A stretch of 64,000 nucleotides of DNA from positions 397 through 64,396 of the forward strand of contig CADARU010000004.1 of NCBI GenBank assembly GCA_902790415.1. Reading direction: 5' to 3'. Numbering within the stretch: position 1 is the first letter of the stretch; each line of letters opens with the position of its first letter. Origin of the DNA: an uncultured Pseudomonadota bacterium. GTDB taxonomy: Bacteria > Pseudomonadota > Alphaproteobacteria > Rs-D84. The notes beneath the pieces were generated by a model. It made no database searches, was not told the DNA's origin, and saw nothing but the letters and a program-made list of their open reading frames with translations. The translations under genes were made by a program, and so were the position numbers. Below, one piece after another: positions 8,770-20,992 of the stretch.

Positions 8770-10851
8770 ATGTCTGTTGGAAAAACCGCCCCATTACATA
8801 TGTATCGTAATATCGGCATTATGGCACACATTGATGCTGGTAAAACAACAACATCTGAACGTATTTTGTTCTATACCGGTAAAACATACAAAATTGGTGA
8901 AGTGCATGATGGTGCCGCCACTATGGACTGGATGGAACAAGAACAAGAACGCGGTATTACAATTACATCCGCGGCAACGACTTGTTTCTGGCGCGATCAT
9001 CGTATTAATTTGATTGACACCCCGGGGCACGTTGACTTTACAATGGAAGTAGAACGTTCTTTGCGTGTTTTGGACGGTGCTGTTGCGGTATTTGAATCTG
9101 TATCTGGTGTACAACCACAGACTGAAACTGTATGGCGTCAGGCTGACCGTTATAATGTTCCACGTATTTGCTTTATTAACAAAATGGATCGTATTGGTGG
9201 AAACTTCTTCCGTTGTGTTGATATGATCCGTGAACGTTTGGGTGCAAATCCATTGGTTTTGAATTTCCCAATTGGTGCTGAATCTGATTTCCGTGGTGTC
9301 GTTGATGTTTTGGAAATGAAAGGTTTGATTTGGGAAGATGAAACAGGTTCTCATCCGGTTACAATTGAAATTCCAGAAGATTTGAAAGCAAAAGCCGAAG
9401 AATTACACAATAAATTGATTGAAGAAGTTGTTACTTTGGATGATGCGGTTATGGAAGCGTACATGGAAGGTAATATACCGGACCACGACACAATTAAAAA
9501 ATTGTTACGCAAAGGTGTTATTGCACAGAATTTTGTTCCTGTTTTATGCGGAACGGCCTTTAAAAACAAAGGTGTTCAACCATTGTTGGATGCGATTGTA
9601 GATTATTTGCCATCACCGTTGGATGTTCCGGCTATTAAAGGAACTGCGATGGACAAAGAAACCGTTATCGAACGTCATCCGGATCCAAAAGAACCATTTA
9701 GCGCATTAGCATTTAAGGTTGCAAATGACCCGTTCGTTGGAAACTTGATGTTTATCCGTATTTATTCTGGTAAATTGACGGCGGGTTCATATATCTATAA
9801 TTCTAATCGCGACAAACGTGAACGTGTTGGTCGTATGTTGTTGATGCACTCTAATCAACGTGAAGAAATCAAAGAAGCATCTGCTGGTGATATTATCACA
9901 TTGGTTGGTATGAAGGAAACAATTACCGGTGACACATTGTGCGATGAAAACAATCCGATTATTTTGGAAAACATCCATGTTCCAGAACCGGTTATTTCTA
10001 TCGCGGTTGAACCAAAAACCAAGGCGGACATTGAAAAAATGTCTTTGGGTCTGCAAGCATTGGCCAAAGAAGACCCTTCGTTCCGCGTATCGGTTGACGA
10101 AGAATCTGGTCAAACAATTTTGGCGGGTGTCGGTGAATTGCATTTGGAAATTTTGGTTGATCGTTTGTTGCGTGAATTCAAGGTTGATGTTAACGTTGGC
10201 GAACCGCGTATCGCGTATCGTGAAACATTCCGTAAACCTGTTACCGAAGAATATACACATAAAAAACAGTCTGGTGGTTCGGGTCAATATGCCCAGGTCA
10301 AGATTGAATTTGAACCATTAGAACCAGGTAAAGGTTACGAATTCGAAAACAAGATTGTCGGTGGTGCGATTCCAAAAGAATACATCCCGGGTGTAGAAAA
10401 AGGATTAAAGATAGCACAACAGACAGGTGTTCTGATTGGCTATCCGACAGTGGATTTCAAGGCAACATTGGTTGATGGTAAATATCACGAAGTTGACTCT
10501 AATGTATTGTGCTTTGAAATTGCGGCACGTGCCTGCTTCCGTGAAGCAATGAAAAAGGCCGCGCCAAAGTTGTTGGAACCGATTATGAAACTTTCGGTTA
10601 ACACACCGGAAGAATACGTCGGTGACATCATCGGTGACTTGAACAGTCGTCGTGGACAAATCAATGGTATCGAAACGCAATTTGGTAACCAGGTTATTTC
10701 CGCGTTCGTTCCATTGGCAAATCTGTTCGGTTACGTAAAAACACTGCGTTCTTTGTCCCAGGGACGTGCAAATCCGTACATGGAATTGTCACACTATGAC
10801 GAAGTACCGCAAAACGTTGCAGATGAAGTCATTAAAAAACTGACAAAATAA
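8770..10851 (+). CDS. fusA: Elongation factor G
   Basis: GTPase motifs [17 protein letters not shown] and NKMD; 693 aa; located between rpsG and tuf. Confidence 0.97.
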   Translation: MSVGKTAPLHMYRNIGIMAHIDAGKTTTSERILFYTGKTYKIGEVHDGAATMDWMEQEQERGITITSAATTCFWRDHRINLIDTPGHVDFTMEVERSLRVLDGAVAVFESVSGVQPQTETVWRQADRYNVPRICFINKMDRIGGNFFRCVDMIRERLGANPLVLNFPIGAESDFRGVVDVLEMKGLIWEDETGSHPVTIEIPEDLKAKAEELHNKLIEEVVTLDDAVMEAYMEGNIPDHDTIKKLLRKGVIAQNFVPVLCGTAFKNKGVQPLLDAIVDYLPSPLDVPAIKGTAMDKETVIERHPDPKEPFSALAFKVANDPFVGNLMFIRIYSGKLTAGSYIYNSNRDKRERVGRMLLMHSNQREEIKEASAGDIITLVGMKETITGDTLCDENNPIILENIHVPEPVISIAVEPKTKADIEKMSLGLQALAKEDPSFRVSVDEESGQTILAGVGELHLEILVDRLLREFKVDVNVGEPRIAYRETFRKPVTEEYTHKKQSGGSGQYAQVKIEFEPLEPGKGYEFENKIVGGAIPKEYIPGVEKGLKIAQQTGVLIGYPTVDFKATLVDGKYHEVDSNVLCFEIAARACFREAMKKAAPKLLEPIMKLSVNTPEEYVGDIIGDLNSRRGQINGIETQFGNQVISAFVPLANLFGYVKTLRSLSQGRANPYMELSHYDEVPQNVADEVIKKLTK

Positions 10852-10944
10852 AAAAAAGAGTTTGTGATTTCTGATTTCGGGTGTAATATCCGATTTCAGG
10901 AATCAGAAAATTAAATTAACAAACCAGAGCCCAAGGAGAAAACC

Positions 10945-12132
10945 ATGGCAAAAGAAAAGTATGTAAGAACCAAACCGCATGTTAATATCGGTACTATTGG
11001 TCACGTTGACCACGGTAAAACGACATTGACTGCCGCTATCGTTCACTACTATGGCGTCGGTGCTGACGCACAAAAAGGTGTTGATCAAATCGATAATGCA
11101 CCAGAAGAAAGAGCACGTGGTATTACAATTAATACTGCACACGTTGAATATGAAACAGAAAGCCGTCACTATGCACACGTTGACTGCCCGGGACACGCGG
11201 ACTATGTTAAAAACATGATTACCGGTGCGGCGCAGATGGATGGTGCTATCTTGGTTGTTGCTGCAACTGATGGTCCGATGCCTCAGACACGTGAACACAT
11301 CTTGTTGGCACGTCAGGTTGGTATTCCAAAAATCGTTGTTTATTTGAACAAATGTGATTTGGCTAACGATCCTGAATTGTTGGAATTGGTCGAAATGGAA
11401 GTTCGTGAATTGTTGTCTGCGAACGATTTTGATGGTGAAAATGTGCCAATCATCCGTGGTTCTGCTGTTTCCGCATTGGAAGGCAAAAACGATGGTTTCG
11501 GTAAAGAATCTATTGATGCATTGTTGAAAGCTTGCGATGAATACATCCCAATGCCAGAACGTCCGGTTGATAAACCGTTCTTGATGCCAATTGAAGACGT
11601 GTTCTCTATCACAGGTCGTGGTACCGTTGTTACCGGCCGTGTAGAAGCAGGTGTTGTTAAAATTGGTGACGAATGCGAAATCGTTGGTTTGCGTCCAACA
11701 CAGAAAACAACAGTTACCGGTGTTGAAATGTTCCGCAAATTGTTGGATCAAGGTGAAGCCGGTGATAACGTTGGTTTGTTGTTGCGTGGAACCAAGAAGG
11801 AAGATGTTGAACGTGGTCAAATTATCTGCAAACCGGGTTCTATTACCCCGCACACAGATTTCGAAGCAGAAGTCTATATTTTGACCAAAGAAGAAGGTGG
11901 CCGTCATACAGCATTCTTTAGCAACTATCGTCCACAGTTCTTCTTTAGCACAACAGACGTAACAGGTACAATCACATTGCCAGCAGACAAAGAAATGGTC
12001 TTGCCGGGTGATAACGTTCGTATCACGGTTGCATTGATTGCTCCGATTGCTATGGACGAAGGTCGCCGCTTTGCTATCCGTGAAGGCGGACGCACAGTTG
12101 GTGCCGGTGTTGTATCCAAAATTATTAAATAA
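10945..12132 (+). CDS. tuf: Elongation factor Tu
   Basis: [18 protein letters not shown] and NKCD motifs; 395 aa. Confidence 0.98.
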   Translation: MAKEKYVRTKPHVNIGTIGHVDHGKTTLTAAIVHYYGVGADAQKGVDQIDNAPEERARGITINTAHVEYETESRHYAHVDCPGHADYVKNMITGAAQMDGAILVVAATDGPMPQTREHILLARQVGIPKIVVYLNKCDLANDPELLELVEMEVRELLSANDFDGENVPIIRGSAVSALEGKNDGFGKESIDALLKACDEYIPMPERPVDKPFLMPIEDVFSITGRGTVVTGRVEAGVVKIGDECEIVGLRPTQKTTVTGVEMFRKLLDQGEAGDNVGLLLRGTKKEDVERGQIICKPGSITPHTDFEAEVYILTKEEGGRHTAFFSNYRPQFFFSTTDVTGTITLPADKEMVLPGDNVRITVALIAPIAMDEGRRFAIREGGRTVGAGVVSKIIK

Positions 12133-12201
12133 TGAACTGTTTGTTGGTCGTCGCTGGGATATGTGGCGACCAACAATTGCGATATAAAATAAGGGAAACA
12201 A

Positions 12202-12513
12202 ATGGTACCAGCATCTAAAATTCGCATCAAGTTAATCGCTTTTGATCGCAGAGTCTTGATGGAATCAGTGGAGGAGATTGTTAAAACTGCAAAGCGCACC
12301 GGCGCAGATGTCGTTGGGCCTGTTCGCTTGCCGACATTGATTCAAAAGTTTACCGTCAATCGTTCACCACACGTTGATAAAAAATCACGTGAACAGTTCG
12401 AAATCCGCAATCATAAAGCGGTTGTGGATATTGTTAATCCAACCCCTCAGACAGTTGATGCATTAATGAAGTTGGATTTGGCATCGGGCGTTGATGTAAA
12501 AATTAAATTATAA
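12202..12513 (+). CDS. rpsJ: 30S ribosomal protein S10
   Basis: S10-like translation (IRIKL.AFD...[13 protein letters not shown]); first gene of the S10 operon. Confidence 0.95.
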   Translation: MVPASKIRIKLIAFDRRVLMESVEEIVKTAKRTGADVVGPVRLPTLIQKFTVNRSPHVDKKSREQFEIRNHKAVVDIVNPTPQTVDALMKLDLASGVDVKIKL

Positions 12514-12589
12514 GGGTTTGTTAGCGTTAGTTTATTATTGACTTTTGAAAATGATATTCTAACCTCTGACATATAAAAAAGGCAAAAAA

Positions 12590-13306
12590 ATGAAACGTAG
12601 CGGATTAATTACAACTAAAATAGGAATGACTCGTTTGTATGACGATGGCGGTGTTGCACATCCTGTAACAGTTTTGTCGGTTGGGGATTGTGCGGTCATT
12701 GGAAACAGAACAAACGAAAAAAATGGTTATGTGGCAAATGTTCTTGGTATTCGTGAAGCCAAGGCAAAACATATTGCGAAACCTCAGGCGGTTGCGGCCG
12801 AAAAAGCGGGCGTTAAACCATATCGTAAAATTGTGGAATTTCGGTGCACAGATGATTGTGTTATTCCTGTAGGAACCGCGTTATCGGCGTCTCATTTTGT
12901 TGCCGGTCAATTTGTTGATGTTCAAGCAACAAGTAAAGGTAAGGGCTTCCAAGGTGCGATGAAACGTCATAACTTTGGTGGTAAAGAAGCCACGCACGGT
13001 GTTTTAAAGGCACATCGTTCTTTGGGTGGTACAGGTATGCGTGAATGGCCGGGTCGTGTTTTGAAAGGTAAAAAGATGTCTGGTCAAATGGGTAACGAAA
13101 CCGTAACTGTTCAGAACTTGAAAGTTTTCGGCACAGATGAAGCAGAAAATTTGATTTTCGTTGAAGGTGCTGTTCCGGGCAGCAACGGCACATTTGTGTT
13201 GATTACCGATGCTGTTAAGAAAGAACAAACAAATTTGCCAGTTCCGACATCGGTGAAAAATTCTGCAGAACAAACAGAAACCAAAACAGAAACTGTTGCG
13301 GAATAA
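12590..13306 (+). CDS. rplC: 50S ribosomal protein L3
   Basis: L3-like translation (GLI..KIGMTR...GKGFQG.MKRHNF); conserved position. Confidence 0.95.
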   Translation: MKRSGLITTKIGMTRLYDDGGVAHPVTVLSVGDCAVIGNRTNEKNGYVANVLGIREAKAKHIAKPQAVAAEKAGVKPYRKIVEFRCTDDCVIPVGTALSASHFVAGQFVDVQATSKGKGFQGAMKRHNFGGKEATHGVLKAHRSLGGTGMREWPGRVLKGKKMSGQMGNETVTVQNLKVFGTDEAENLIFVEGAVPGSNGTFVLITDAVKKEQTNLPVPTSVKNSAEQTETKTETVAE

Positions 13307-13340
13307 TTAAGAAAGGCAACGGAAACTAAGGTGAATTAAA

Positions 13341-13964
13341 ATGCAAGTAAATATTATAAATTTTGATGGCAAAGCGGTCGGCAAGATTGATTTGCAAGAT
13401 TCTATTTTTGGTTTGGATGCGCGCGCAGATATTTTGCATCGTGTTGTTACATGGCAACGTGCGAAATCACGTGCGGGCACACATGCGGTGAAAACTGTTT
13501 CTGATGTTGCAGGCAGTGGTAAAAAGGCCTTTAAACAAAAGAAAACAGGTAATGCACGTCAAGGTGAACGTTACAATGTTCATATGCGTGGTGGTGGTGT
13601 TGTTCATGGACCAGTTGTTCGTGATCACAGCATCGATTTGCCAAAAAAGATTCGTGCTTTGGGCTTAAAGATGGCTTTATCTTCTAAGGCAAAAGAAGAC
13701 AGTTTGATTATTATCGATTCTGAAAAATTAAAAGCGGCAAAGACAAACGTGTTTGCAAAACAATTAAAGAAATTGGGTTTGGGATCCGCCTTGTTTGTTG
13801 GTGCAGATGCTTTGGATGAAAACTTCAAAAAATCTGCGGCAAATATAAACAATGTTGATGTTTTGCCGGTAATTGGTTTGAATGTCTTGGACATTTTAAA
13901 TCATGACAAGTTGGTTTTGACCGCTGACGCAGTCAAGGCCGTAGAAGGTCGCCTGGGGGCGTAA
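13341..13964 (+). CDS. rplD: 50S ribosomal protein L4
   Basis: L4-like translation (KQKKTGNARQG...GGGVVHGP); conserved position. Confidence 0.94.
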   Translation: MQVNIINFDGKAVGKIDLQDSIFGLDARADILHRVVTWQRAKSRAGTHAVKTVSDVAGSGKKAFKQKKTGNARQGERYNVHMRGGGVVHGPVVRDHSIDLPKKIRALGLKMALSSKAKEDSLIIIDSEKLKAAKTNVFAKQLKKLGLGSALFVGADALDENFKKSAANINNVDVLPVIGLNVLDILNHDKLVLTADAVKAVEGRLGA

Positions 13965-14006
13965 CGTCAATCGGTTTGGATTGAAAATGACAAAAAGGTT
14001 CTAGAA

Positions 14007-14339
14007 ATGGCAGAAAAAAAAGTTCAAACAGAAAAGAAAATCGTTGCGACGGCCGGTATTTATGATATACTGAGACGCCCGATTATTTCTGAAAAGGCGG
14101 CAAAAATGTCAGAAGGCAATGCTGTCGCATTTGAAGTTGCTGCGGATGCAACCAAGGAAGACGTTGCACGCGCAGTTCAGGCAATTTACAATGTAAAACC
14201 GGAAAAGGTTAACATTGTTGTTGTCAAAGGCAAGGTAAAACAATTCCGTGGTCGTGGAAATGGAACACAACGCACTGTTAAAAAAGCGTATGTTTCTTTG
14301 CCAAAAGATGCGAAATTGGATTTGGCTGCAAATAATTAA
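14007..14339 (+). CDS. rplW: 50S ribosomal protein L23
   Basis: L23-like translation (ILRRPIISEKA...FEV...KKAYV); conserved position. Confidence 0.93.
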   Translation: MAEKKVQTEKKIVATAGIYDILRRPIISEKAAKMSEGNAVAFEVAADATKEDVARAVQAIYNVKPEKVNIVVVKGKVKQFRGRGNGTQRTVKKAYVSLPKDAKLDLAANN

Positions 14340-14410
14340 TAAAATAACTGCCTTGGCAGAGAATCCGATGGGGTCGGACGTTAGTGTCAAGGTGAAAAAA
14401 GGATAAAAAA

Positions 14411-15244
14411 ATGGCATTAAAAACATATAAACCTATAACCGCAGGTATGCGTGGAATGGTTTTGGTGGATCACAGCGAATTACATCGTGGTGCCCCAGAA
14501 AAAGCATTGACGGTTGGTTTAAAGTCCAAAGGTGGACGTAATAATTTTGGTCATGTTACTGTTCCTCATCAAGGGGGCGGTCATAAACGTAAATATCGTT
14601 TGATTGATTTTAAACGCAAAAAATTGGATATGCCGGCGACAGTTGTTCGTTTGGAATATGATCCAAATCGTACCGCGTTTATTGCATTGATTGAATACAA
14701 AGATGGTTTGCGTTCTTATATCTTGGCACCACGTGATTTGAAAGTTGGTGATGTTGTTATTTCTGGTGCACAACAAGATATTAAACCGGGTAATGCGATG
14801 CCATTGAAAAATATGCCAATCGGAACGATTGTTCATAATGTTGAATTGAAACCTGGCGCGGGTGGTCAGTTGGCACGCAGTGCAGGTTGCTATGCCCAGT
14901 TGATGGGTAAAGATGGTGTTTATGCGCAGATTAAAATGAACAGTGGTGAGTTGCGTAAGGTTCACTCTGACTGTTTCGCGACAGTCGGCAGTGTATCTAA
15001 CCCTGATCAGCGCAATGTTAACTTGGGTAAAGCGGGACGCGCGCGTTGGTTGGGTGTTCGCCCATCTACACGGGGTATGGCGCAGAACCCAGTAGATCAT
15101 CCAATGGGTGGTGGTAACGGTCATTCCAAAGGACATGAACCTGTATCACGTACTGGTATTCCAGCCAAGGGATATCGCACCCGCAGAAATAAACGCACTG
15201 CAAAGATGATTATTCGTAGCAGACATTTGGCAAAGAAAAAATAA
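14411..15244 (+). CDS. rplB: 50S ribosomal protein L2
   Basis: L2-like translation ([12 protein letters not shown]...[16 protein letters not shown]). Confidence 0.97.
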   Translation: MALKTYKPITAGMRGMVLVDHSELHRGAPEKALTVGLKSKGGRNNFGHVTVPHQGGGHKRKYRLIDFKRKKLDMPATVVRLEYDPNRTAFIALIEYKDGLRSYILAPRDLKVGDVVISGAQQDIKPGNAMPLKNMPIGTIVHNVELKPGAGGQLARSAGCYAQLMGKDGVYAQIKMNSGELRKVHSDCFATVGSVSNPDQRNVNLGKAGRARWLGVRPSTRGMAQNPVDHPMGGGNGHSKGHEPVSRTGIPAKGYRTRRNKRTAKMIIRSRHLAKKK

Positions 15245-15289
15245 TTAGTTAGTACAAAATAGTATTAACACAGAAAAACGGAGTTATTT

Positions 15290-15571
15290 ATGTCTCGTTC
15301 AGTTTGGAAAGGTCCTTATGTTCATCCGTCAATCTTGAAAAAGGTTGCGGCGTCCAAAGAAAAAGATGACCACAAACCAATTAAAACATGGTCCAGGGGC
15401 AGTACAATTGTTCCTTCTATGGTTGGTTTGACGTTTGAAGTTCACAATGGTAACAAATTTATTCCTGTTTCAATCGTAGAAGATATGATTGGACACAAAT
15501 TGGGTGAATTTGCACCGACACGGACATTTAAAGGACATGCTGCGAATAAAAAGGCTGCGGCAGGAAAATAA
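15290..15571 (+). CDS. rpsS: 30S ribosomal protein S19
   Basis: S19-like translation ([10 protein letters not shown]...HNGNKFIPV...[12 protein letters not shown]). Confidence 0.96.
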   Translation: MSRSVWKGPYVHPSILKKVAASKEKDDHKPIKTWSRGSTIVPSMVGLTFEVHNGNKFIPVSIVEDMIGHKLGEFAPTRTFKGHAANKKAAAGK

Positions 15572-15587
15572 TTAAAAGGTTTAGATT

Positions 15588-16001
15588 ATGACAAGATATG
15601 GAATCAAAGATAATCAAGTTCGTGCGTTTAACAAAATGATACGCATCAGTCACCAAAAATTAAATTTGGTTTGTGATATGGTTCGCGGATTACCGGTAGA
15701 ACGCGCAATTGATGTCTTGAAATTTTCTAAAAAACGCGTTGCGGGTGAAGTTTTGAAAACTTTGTTGTCCGCGGTTGCTAATGCAGAACACAACAAAAAT
15801 TTGCCAACAGATACATTGTTTGTCAAAGAAATTTGGTGTGGTAAAGCATTGACAATGAAACGTATTATGCCGGGACCACGTGGCAGTGCCCGTCCGATTT
15901 TGAAACCATTTTCTAATTTGACAATTGTTTTGGAATCTGGGGTACCTGCGAAAAAATCTGCGGCAAAGAAAGAAAAAACAGAAAAGAAAAAAACAAAATA
16001 A
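15588..16001 (+). CDS. rplV: 50S ribosomal protein L22 (with Lys-rich C-terminal tail)
   Basis: L22-like core (ISHQKLNLV.DMVRG..V..A...L.FS.K) followed by a KKSAAKKEKTEKKKTK tail. Confidence 0.93.
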   Translation: MTRYGIKDNQVRAFNKMIRISHQKLNLVCDMVRGLPVERAIDVLKFSKKRVAGEVLKTLLSAVANAEHNKNLPTDTLFVKEIWCGKALTMKRIMPGPRGSARPILKPFSNLTIVLESGVPAKKSAAKKEKTEKKKTK

Positions 16002-16090
16002 AAGAACTAATGGTCGGTGGTATGGGCAACCTGAATAAAACCTGTTAAAGGTTTCAAGAACATCGACCAATAAAACCTGAGGAAAAAAAT

Positions 16091-16792
16091 ATGGGACAGA
16101 AAGTATCGCCAATTGCACAGCGTTTATCTATCAACAAAATTCCTGATTCAAGATGGATTGTTGATAAAAAACACTATGCTGAATTGTTGGCAGAAGACAA
16201 TACGATTCGTAAATTTATTGAAAAGAAACTGAAAAAAGCCGGTGTCGCCAAGGTTGTTATTGACCGTATCGCAAAGAAAGTTGTTATTACGGTTCATACA
16301 TCCAGACCAGGTATGATTATCGGTAAAAATGGTGCAGACATCGAAACTTTACGTAACGACATTAAAAAGTTGGTTAAAAATGACCAGGTTGTCGTTAATA
16401 TTTACGAAGTTCGTCGTCCTGACTTGAACGCACAGTTGGTTGCACAAGGTATTGCGCAACAAATCGAAGGTCGTGTTTCTTTTAAACGCGCAATGAAAAA
16501 GGCGGTTCAAAATGCACAAAAGGCCGGTGCACAAGGTATCAAAGTGATGTGCTCTGGTCGTTTGAACGGTGCAGAAATTGCCCGCAGCGAACAAATTCGT
16601 GAAGGTCGTATTCCTTTGCATACATTGCGTGCAGACATTGATTATGCCGCGGTTCAGTCAAAAACAACATACGGTGTTGTCGGTGTTAAGGTTTGGATTT
16701 ACACTGGCGACGTTGTAAACAAAGAAAAACTGGCTTCTGAAATGGCGCGTCCAACAGAATATGCCGGTACAAGCGACAAAAGAACTAAATAA
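16091..16792 (+). CDS. rpsC: 30S ribosomal protein S3
   Basis: S3-like translation ([11 protein letters not shown]...[11 protein letters not shown]...[13 protein letters not shown]). Confidence 0.96.
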   Translation: MGQKVSPIAQRLSINKIPDSRWIVDKKHYAELLAEDNTIRKFIEKKLKKAGVAKVVIDRIAKKVVITVHTSRPGMIIGKNGADIETLRNDIKKLVKNDQVVVNIYEVRRPDLNAQLVAQGIAQQIEGRVSFKRAMKKAVQNAQKAGAQGIKVMCSGRLNGAEIARSEQIREGRIPLHTLRADIDYAAVQSKTTYGVVGVKVWIYTGDVVNKEKLASEMARPTEYAGTSDKRTK

Positions 16793-16809
16793 AGACAGAG
16801 GTTGTTATT

Positions 16810-17223
16810 ATGTTAATGCCAAATAAGACAAAATTTCGTAAACAACACAAGGGGCGCATTCATGGTGTCGCCAAAGGTGGCAGCGAATTAGCATTTGGTT
16901 CTTTCGGCCTGAAAGCTATGTCGCCTGAACGTATTACTGCACGTCAGATAGAGGCGGCACGTCGTGCCATCACCCGTCATATGAGACGTATGGGAAAATT
17001 ATGGATTCGTATATTTCCTGATGTTCCTGTTACCGTTAAACCTGCCCAGGTTCGTATGGGTAAGGGTAAAGGTGCCGTTGAATATTGGATTTGCCGTGTA
17101 AAACCTGGACGTATCTTGTTTGAATTAGATGGTGTTAAACCAGAAGTTGCGCAAGAAGCGTTTGCGTTGGCTGCTGCAAAATTGCCAATCAAGACAAAAA
17201 TTGTTGAACGCAAAGTAAACTAA
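16810..17223 (+). CDS. rplP: 50S ribosomal protein L16
   Basis: L16-like translation ([16 protein letters not shown]...[10 protein letters not shown]). Confidence 0.96.
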   Translation: MLMPNKTKFRKQHKGRIHGVAKGGSELAFGSFGLKAMSPERITARQIEAARRAITRHMRRMGKLWIRIFPDVPVTVKPAQVRMGKGKGAVEYWICRVKPGRILFELDGVKPEVAQEAFALAAAKLPIKTKIVERKVN

Positions 17224-17235
17224 AAGGTGGCAAAT

Positions 17236-17415
17236 ATGGCAAAGAAAGAATCTTTGAAGACAGAAGAATTGCAAAGCAAGCTGGTTGATTTGAAAAAAGA
17301 ACACATGAATCAACGTTTTCAGCATGCTGCGGGTCAGTTGCCAAAAACTCATGTTTTACGCAAAACCCGTCGCGAAATTGCCCGCGTTAAAACAAAACTG
17401 AACGCCGAGCAATAA
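17236..17415 (+). CDS. rpmC: 50S ribosomal protein L29
   Basis: L29-like translation (EL..KL.DLKKE..N.RFQ...GQL). ATG at 17236 is preferred over the GTG at 17227 used by the ORF track. Confidence 0.9.
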   Translation: MAKKESLKTEELQSKLVDLKKEHMNQRFQHAAGQLPKTHVLRKTRREIARVKTKLNAEQ

Positions 17416-17538
17416 AAAATACTAATTTTGGTTGAGATTTCCAAAAAAATTGGTTATAGTAGCCAGGATTGGGTAAAAATTAACAAGTGATTTTTGCGCT
17501 TTCGTGAAAATCAGGCAAGTATAATAAGGATAGAAATT

Positions 17539-17808
17539 ATGCCAAGACGTGTACTGCAAGGAACAGTTAGAAGTACAGCAAATGATAAAACAGTCGTTGT
17601 AGAAGTAGAACGTCGTTTTCGTCATCCATTGTATGGAAAATTTGTTAAGCAGAATAAAAAGTACAAGGCACACGATGAAGCCAATAAATACAAGGTTGGT
17701 GATATTGTTGCCATAGAAGAGCATCGTCCAATATCTAAAACGAAATCTTGGGTTGTCAAAGGTTTGGTTGGCGTATCCAAAGATAAAGACGTTGAAGTTG
17801 TGGACTAA
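17539..17808 (+). CDS. rpsQ: 30S ribosomal protein S17
   Basis: Start trimmed to [10 protein letters not shown]...; S17-like (KTVVV.VERRF.HPLYGK...K.HDE...GD.V.IEE.RPISK.K.W). Confidence 0.93.
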   Translation: MPRRVLQGTVRSTANDKTVVVEVERRFRHPLYGKFVKQNKKYKAHDEANKYKVGDIVAIEEHRPISKTKSWVVKGLVGVSKDKDVEVVD

Positions 17809-17906
17809 GTGTTAAACCTGGGGTCTTTTGAGGGTGCAAAACACCAGTCGGGACCCGTAACAAAGCAATGGGGGATTGCCCCATATGCAGGATTAAGGAT
17901 AGAGTT

Positions 17907-18281
17907 ATGATTCAAAATGAAACGGTTATGACGGTTGCAGATAACTCGGGTGCACGTAAAGCGATGTGCATCAAAGTTTTGGGCGGTTCTCATCGTCGCT
18001 ATGCAACGGTTGGTGATAAAATTGTTGTCGCCATCAAAGAAGCGATTCCACGCGGCAAAGTTCAAAAAGGAACAGTGCAACGTGCAATCATCGTTCGGAC
18101 AAAATTCCCAATTAAACGTCCGGATGGTTCAATTATTCGCTTTGACGATAACGCGGTCGTTCTGATTAACAAGAACAATTTCGAACCGATTGGAACACGT
18201 ATTTTCGGGCCTATTGCTCGTGAAACACGTCGTAAATATGATGTTCAGAAAATTGTGTCTTTGGCACCAGAAGTATTATAA
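17907..18281 (+). CDS. rplN: 50S ribosomal protein L14
   Basis: Start trimmed to [16 protein letters not shown]...; L14 hallmark sequence. Confidence 0.95.
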   Translation: MIQNETVMTVADNSGARKAMCIKVLGGSHRRYATVGDKIVVAIKEAIPRGKVQKGTVQRAIIVRTKFPIKRPDGSIIRFDDNAVVLINKNNFEPIGTRIFGPIARETRRKYDVQKIVSLAPEVL

Positions 18282-18299
18282 CAACAAAAGGGCTATGAG

Positions 18300-18602
18300 A
18301 TGAAAATTAAAAAAGGCGATGAAGTCGTAGTTATTTCTGGGAAATACAAAGGCGTAAAAGGTCAGGTTTTAGAAGCACGCCCAACAGAATCCAAAGTTGT
18401 TGTTGCGGGCGTTAACCGCCATAAATGGCACGTGAAACCAACTCGCGAAGAAGCGGGTCATATTGTTGATCGTGAAGCACCAATACATGTGTCGAATGTT
18501 GCCTTGGTTGATCCTAAGACAAAAAAAGCAACACGTGTCGGATATAAAGTAGAGCAGGGCAAAAAAGTCCGCGTTGCCAAAAAGTCCGGCGCAGAGTTAT
18601 AA
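18300..18602 (+). CDS. rplX: 50S ribosomal protein L24
   Basis: L24-like translation with KOW motif ([19 protein letters not shown]). Confidence 0.93.
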   Translation: MKIKKGDEVVVISGKYKGVKGQVLEARPTESKVVVAGVNRHKWHVKPTREEAGHIVDREAPIHVSNVALVDPKTKKATRVGYKVEQGKKVRVAKKSGAEL

Positions 18603-18646
18603 GCAAATAATCCCGCTGTTACGGGAACAACGTTAAGGATAAGAAA

Positions 18647-19192
18647 ATGCAAAGCAGATTGCGCGATATTTATGAAAAAGAAATTGTGCCAGAATTGATT
18701 AAAGAATTCGGCTATAAAAACAAATTGGCTGTGCCAAAGTTGTCAAAAATCGTCTTGAATATGGGCGTTGGTGAGGCAGTTGCGGATAAAAAGAAATTGG
18801 ATTCCGCGGTTGCAGATTTGACGGCGATTGCCGCACAGAAAGCGGTTGTTACACATGCAAAAAAATCTATTGCAACATACCGTTTGCGTGAAGGTCAGGC
18901 CATTGGAACCAAGGTTACATTGCGTGGTAAAAGAATGTATGACTTTTTGGATAAATTGATTGTTGTGGCTTTGCCGCGCGTCAAAGATTTCCGTGGTTTG
19001 TCTAAATCAAAATTTGATGGTCGTGGAAATTATGCGTTTGGTATCAAGGAACATTTGATTTTCCCTGAAATTTCCATCGATAAAATTGATTCTATTCGTG
19101 GTATGGATATTGTTATCGCAACAACCGCGAAGACAGATGATGAAGCACGCGCATTGCTGAGCAAAATCGGCCTGCCGTTAGTATTGAAATAA
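18647..19192 (+). CDS. rplE: 50S ribosomal protein L5
   Basis: L5-like translation ([15 protein letters not shown]...RGKRMY.FLDKL...ALPR..DFRG). Confidence 0.96.
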   Translation: MQSRLRDIYEKEIVPELIKEFGYKNKLAVPKLSKIVLNMGVGEAVADKKKLDSAVADLTAIAAQKAVVTHAKKSIATYRLREGQAIGTKVTLRGKRMYDFLDKLIVVALPRVKDFRGLSKSKFDGRGNYAFGIKEHLIFPEISIDKIDSIRGMDIVIATTAKTDDEARALLSKIGLPLVLK

Positions 19193-19207
19193 GCATAAGG
19201 AAAAAAG

Positions 19208-19510
19208 ATGGCAAAGTTAGCGTTGATTAATAAACAAGCAAGACGTAAAAAATTGGTTGCAAAATACGATTCTAAACGTAAAGCAATCAAAGAAAAAATG
19301 TCGCGTAACGCAACACCAGAAGAACGCAAAGAAGCGATGTTGAAAATGGCAAAATTGCCACGTAATGCAAATCCAACACGTTTGCACAATCGCTGTTCTG
19401 TTACCGGTCGTGCACGCGGATTTATGCGTTTCTTTGGTTTGTGTCGTCAACAGGTCAGAACCCAGGCATCCGAAGGGAAATTGCCAGGTGTTCGTAAGTC
19501 CAGTTGGTAA
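19208..19510 (+). CDS. rpsN: 30S ribosomal protein S14 (long form)
   Basis: S14-like translation (MAKLALINK...LPRNANPTR.HNRC..TGR.RG..R.FGL.R...R..A..G.LPGV.K.SW). Confidence 0.94.
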   Translation: MAKLALINKQARRKKLVAKYDSKRKAIKEKMSRNATPEERKEAMLKMAKLPRNANPTRLHNRCSVTGRARGFMRFFGLCRQQVRTQASEGKLPGVRKSSW

Positions 19511-19597
19511 AATTTTAAACGGTGCCAGTTGTGGACAATGCAACTGGTGTAACAAAATGGCGCAAGGTTTCGGCCTTGCATCCTAAGGAGTAAAAAG

Positions 19598-19996
19598 ATG
19601 TCATTATCACACCCAATCGGAGATATGGTTACACGTATCCGTAATGGTCAAAACGCAGGTAAGGAAACAATTGTTGTTCCAAACAGCAAATTGCGTGCCG
19701 CGGTTTTGTCTGTATTGAAAGACGAAGGTTTTATCGAAGATTTCAAAAAACAAGAAATTGACGAACATCGTTCTAATTTAGTCGTTACATTGAAATACAT
19801 TGGTGGAAACGGCGCAATTCAAGATATTTCTGTTGTGTCAAAACCGGGGCGCCGCGTTTATTCCGGCTGTGCCAAAATGCCGAAGGTTTTGAACGGCTTG
19901 GGTATCGCAATCGTTTCTACACCAAATGGCGTTATGACAGATCACAAAGCACGTCTGATGAATGTTGGCGGCGAAGTGTTGTGCAAGGTTATCTAA
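19598..19996 (+). CDS. rpsH: 30S ribosomal protein S8
   Basis: S8-like translation (DPIGDM.TRIRN...SKPG.RVY...GLGI.IVSTP.GVMTD..AR...VGGEVLC.V). Confidence 0.95.
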   Translation: MSLSHPIGDMVTRIRNGQNAGKETIVVPNSKLRAAVLSVLKDEGFIEDFKKQEIDEHRSNLVVTLKYIGGNGAIQDISVVSKPGRRVYSGCAKMPKVLNGLGIAIVSTPNGVMTDHKARLMNVGGEVLCKVI

Positions 19997-20015
19997 TAAA
20001 ATAAGGATGTAAGTT

Positions 20016-20567
20016 ATGTCTCGTGCAGGAAAATATCCAGTTAAGTTAAGCGATGGCGTTTCTGTTGCAATTGCAGGAAACGAATTGGTCGTCAAGGGTC
20101 CAAAAGGTGAATTAAAGATTGCCTTGGATACAAAAAATGCTGCCTTGGTTGATATCAAGGTTGAAGCGGGTGAAGTATCTGTTACACCGAAAAATCCGGA
20201 AGACAAAGATTCGCGCGCAATGTGGGGAACAATGACCCGCAATATTCGCAGCGCGGTCGAAGGTGTTACCAATGGTTTTTCAAAAGATATGTATATGAAG
20301 GGTGTTGGTTACAAAGCATCTGTTAGCGGGAATAAATTCACATTGGTTGTTGGTTTTTCTCATGACGTTGTTATGGAAATCCCGGCAGGTTTGATCGTAA
20401 AAATCGGCGAACAACCGACAGAATTTACCATCAGTGGTATAGATAAATGTGCGGTTGGTTTGTTTGCAGATAAAATCCATAAAATCCGCAAAGCAGACCC
20501 GTACAAGGCCAAAGGTATATTCTATAAGGGTGAAAAGATTCGCCGCAAAGAAGGTAAAAAGAAATAA
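20016..20567 (+). CDS. rplF: 50S ribosomal protein L6
   Basis: L6-like translation (SR.GK.PV.L..GV...VKGPKGEL...GVGYKA...PYK.KGI.Y.GE.IRRKEGKK). Confidence 0.95.
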   Translation: MSRAGKYPVKLSDGVSVAIAGNELVVKGPKGELKIALDTKNAALVDIKVEAGEVSVTPKNPEDKDSRAMWGTMTRNIRSAVEGVTNGFSKDMYMKGVGYKASVSGNKFTLVVGFSHDVVMEIPAGLIVKIGEQPTEFTISGIDKCAVGLFADKIHKIRKADPYKAKGIFYKGEKIRRKEGKKK

Positions 20568-20611
20568 TCAATAATTCCCGCTGTTACGGGGATTGTAAAA
20601 AAGGAAAAAAA

Positions 20612-20968
20612 ATGTTGAAACATTTATCTACAGAAGAAAGACGCACGCTGGCAACACGCGCCGCGTTAAAGAAAAAGAATCCTGGAAAAATTCGTTTGTC
20701 TGTTTTCCGTTCTGGACGGCATATTGAAATCCAGGCAATTGATGATGTCAAAGGTCACACAATTTGTGCCGCATCTTCAAAGGAAAAAGGTTTTAAAGGT
20801 AACGGTTGGAACGTTGCGGGCGCAGAATTAGTTGGCAAGGCATTTGCAGAACGCGCCGTCAAAGCGAAAATCGCAGATAACTGCTATTTCGATCGCGGTG
20901 GCTATCGTTATCATGGTCGCGTAAAAGCATTGTGCGAAGCAATTCGCGCAGGTGGCGTTAGAATTTAA
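20612..20968 (+). CDS. rplR: 50S ribosomal protein L18
   Basis: L18-like translation (RL.VFRS.RHI..Q.IDD......A.S...[19 protein letters not shown]). Confidence 0.94.
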   Translation: MLKHLSTEERRTLATRAALKKKNPGKIRLSVFRSGRHIEIQAIDDVKGHTICAASSKEKGFKGNGWNVAGAELVGKAFAERAVKAKIADNCYFDRGGYRYHGRVKALCEAIRAGGVRI

Positions 20969-20992
20969 TCAAGATAATATACGGAGTGTATA

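Noticed and set aside
10903-12201. 432-aa ORF on the minus strand
   Set aside because: It lies entirely antisense to tuf, whose identity is unambiguous. Its translation is Cys/Phe/Asn/Thr-rich nonsense with no SD. The same applies to the antisense ORFs over fusA (8794..9354, 9787..10287), rplB (14519..15136), rplV/rpsC (15690..16118) and other r-protein genes.
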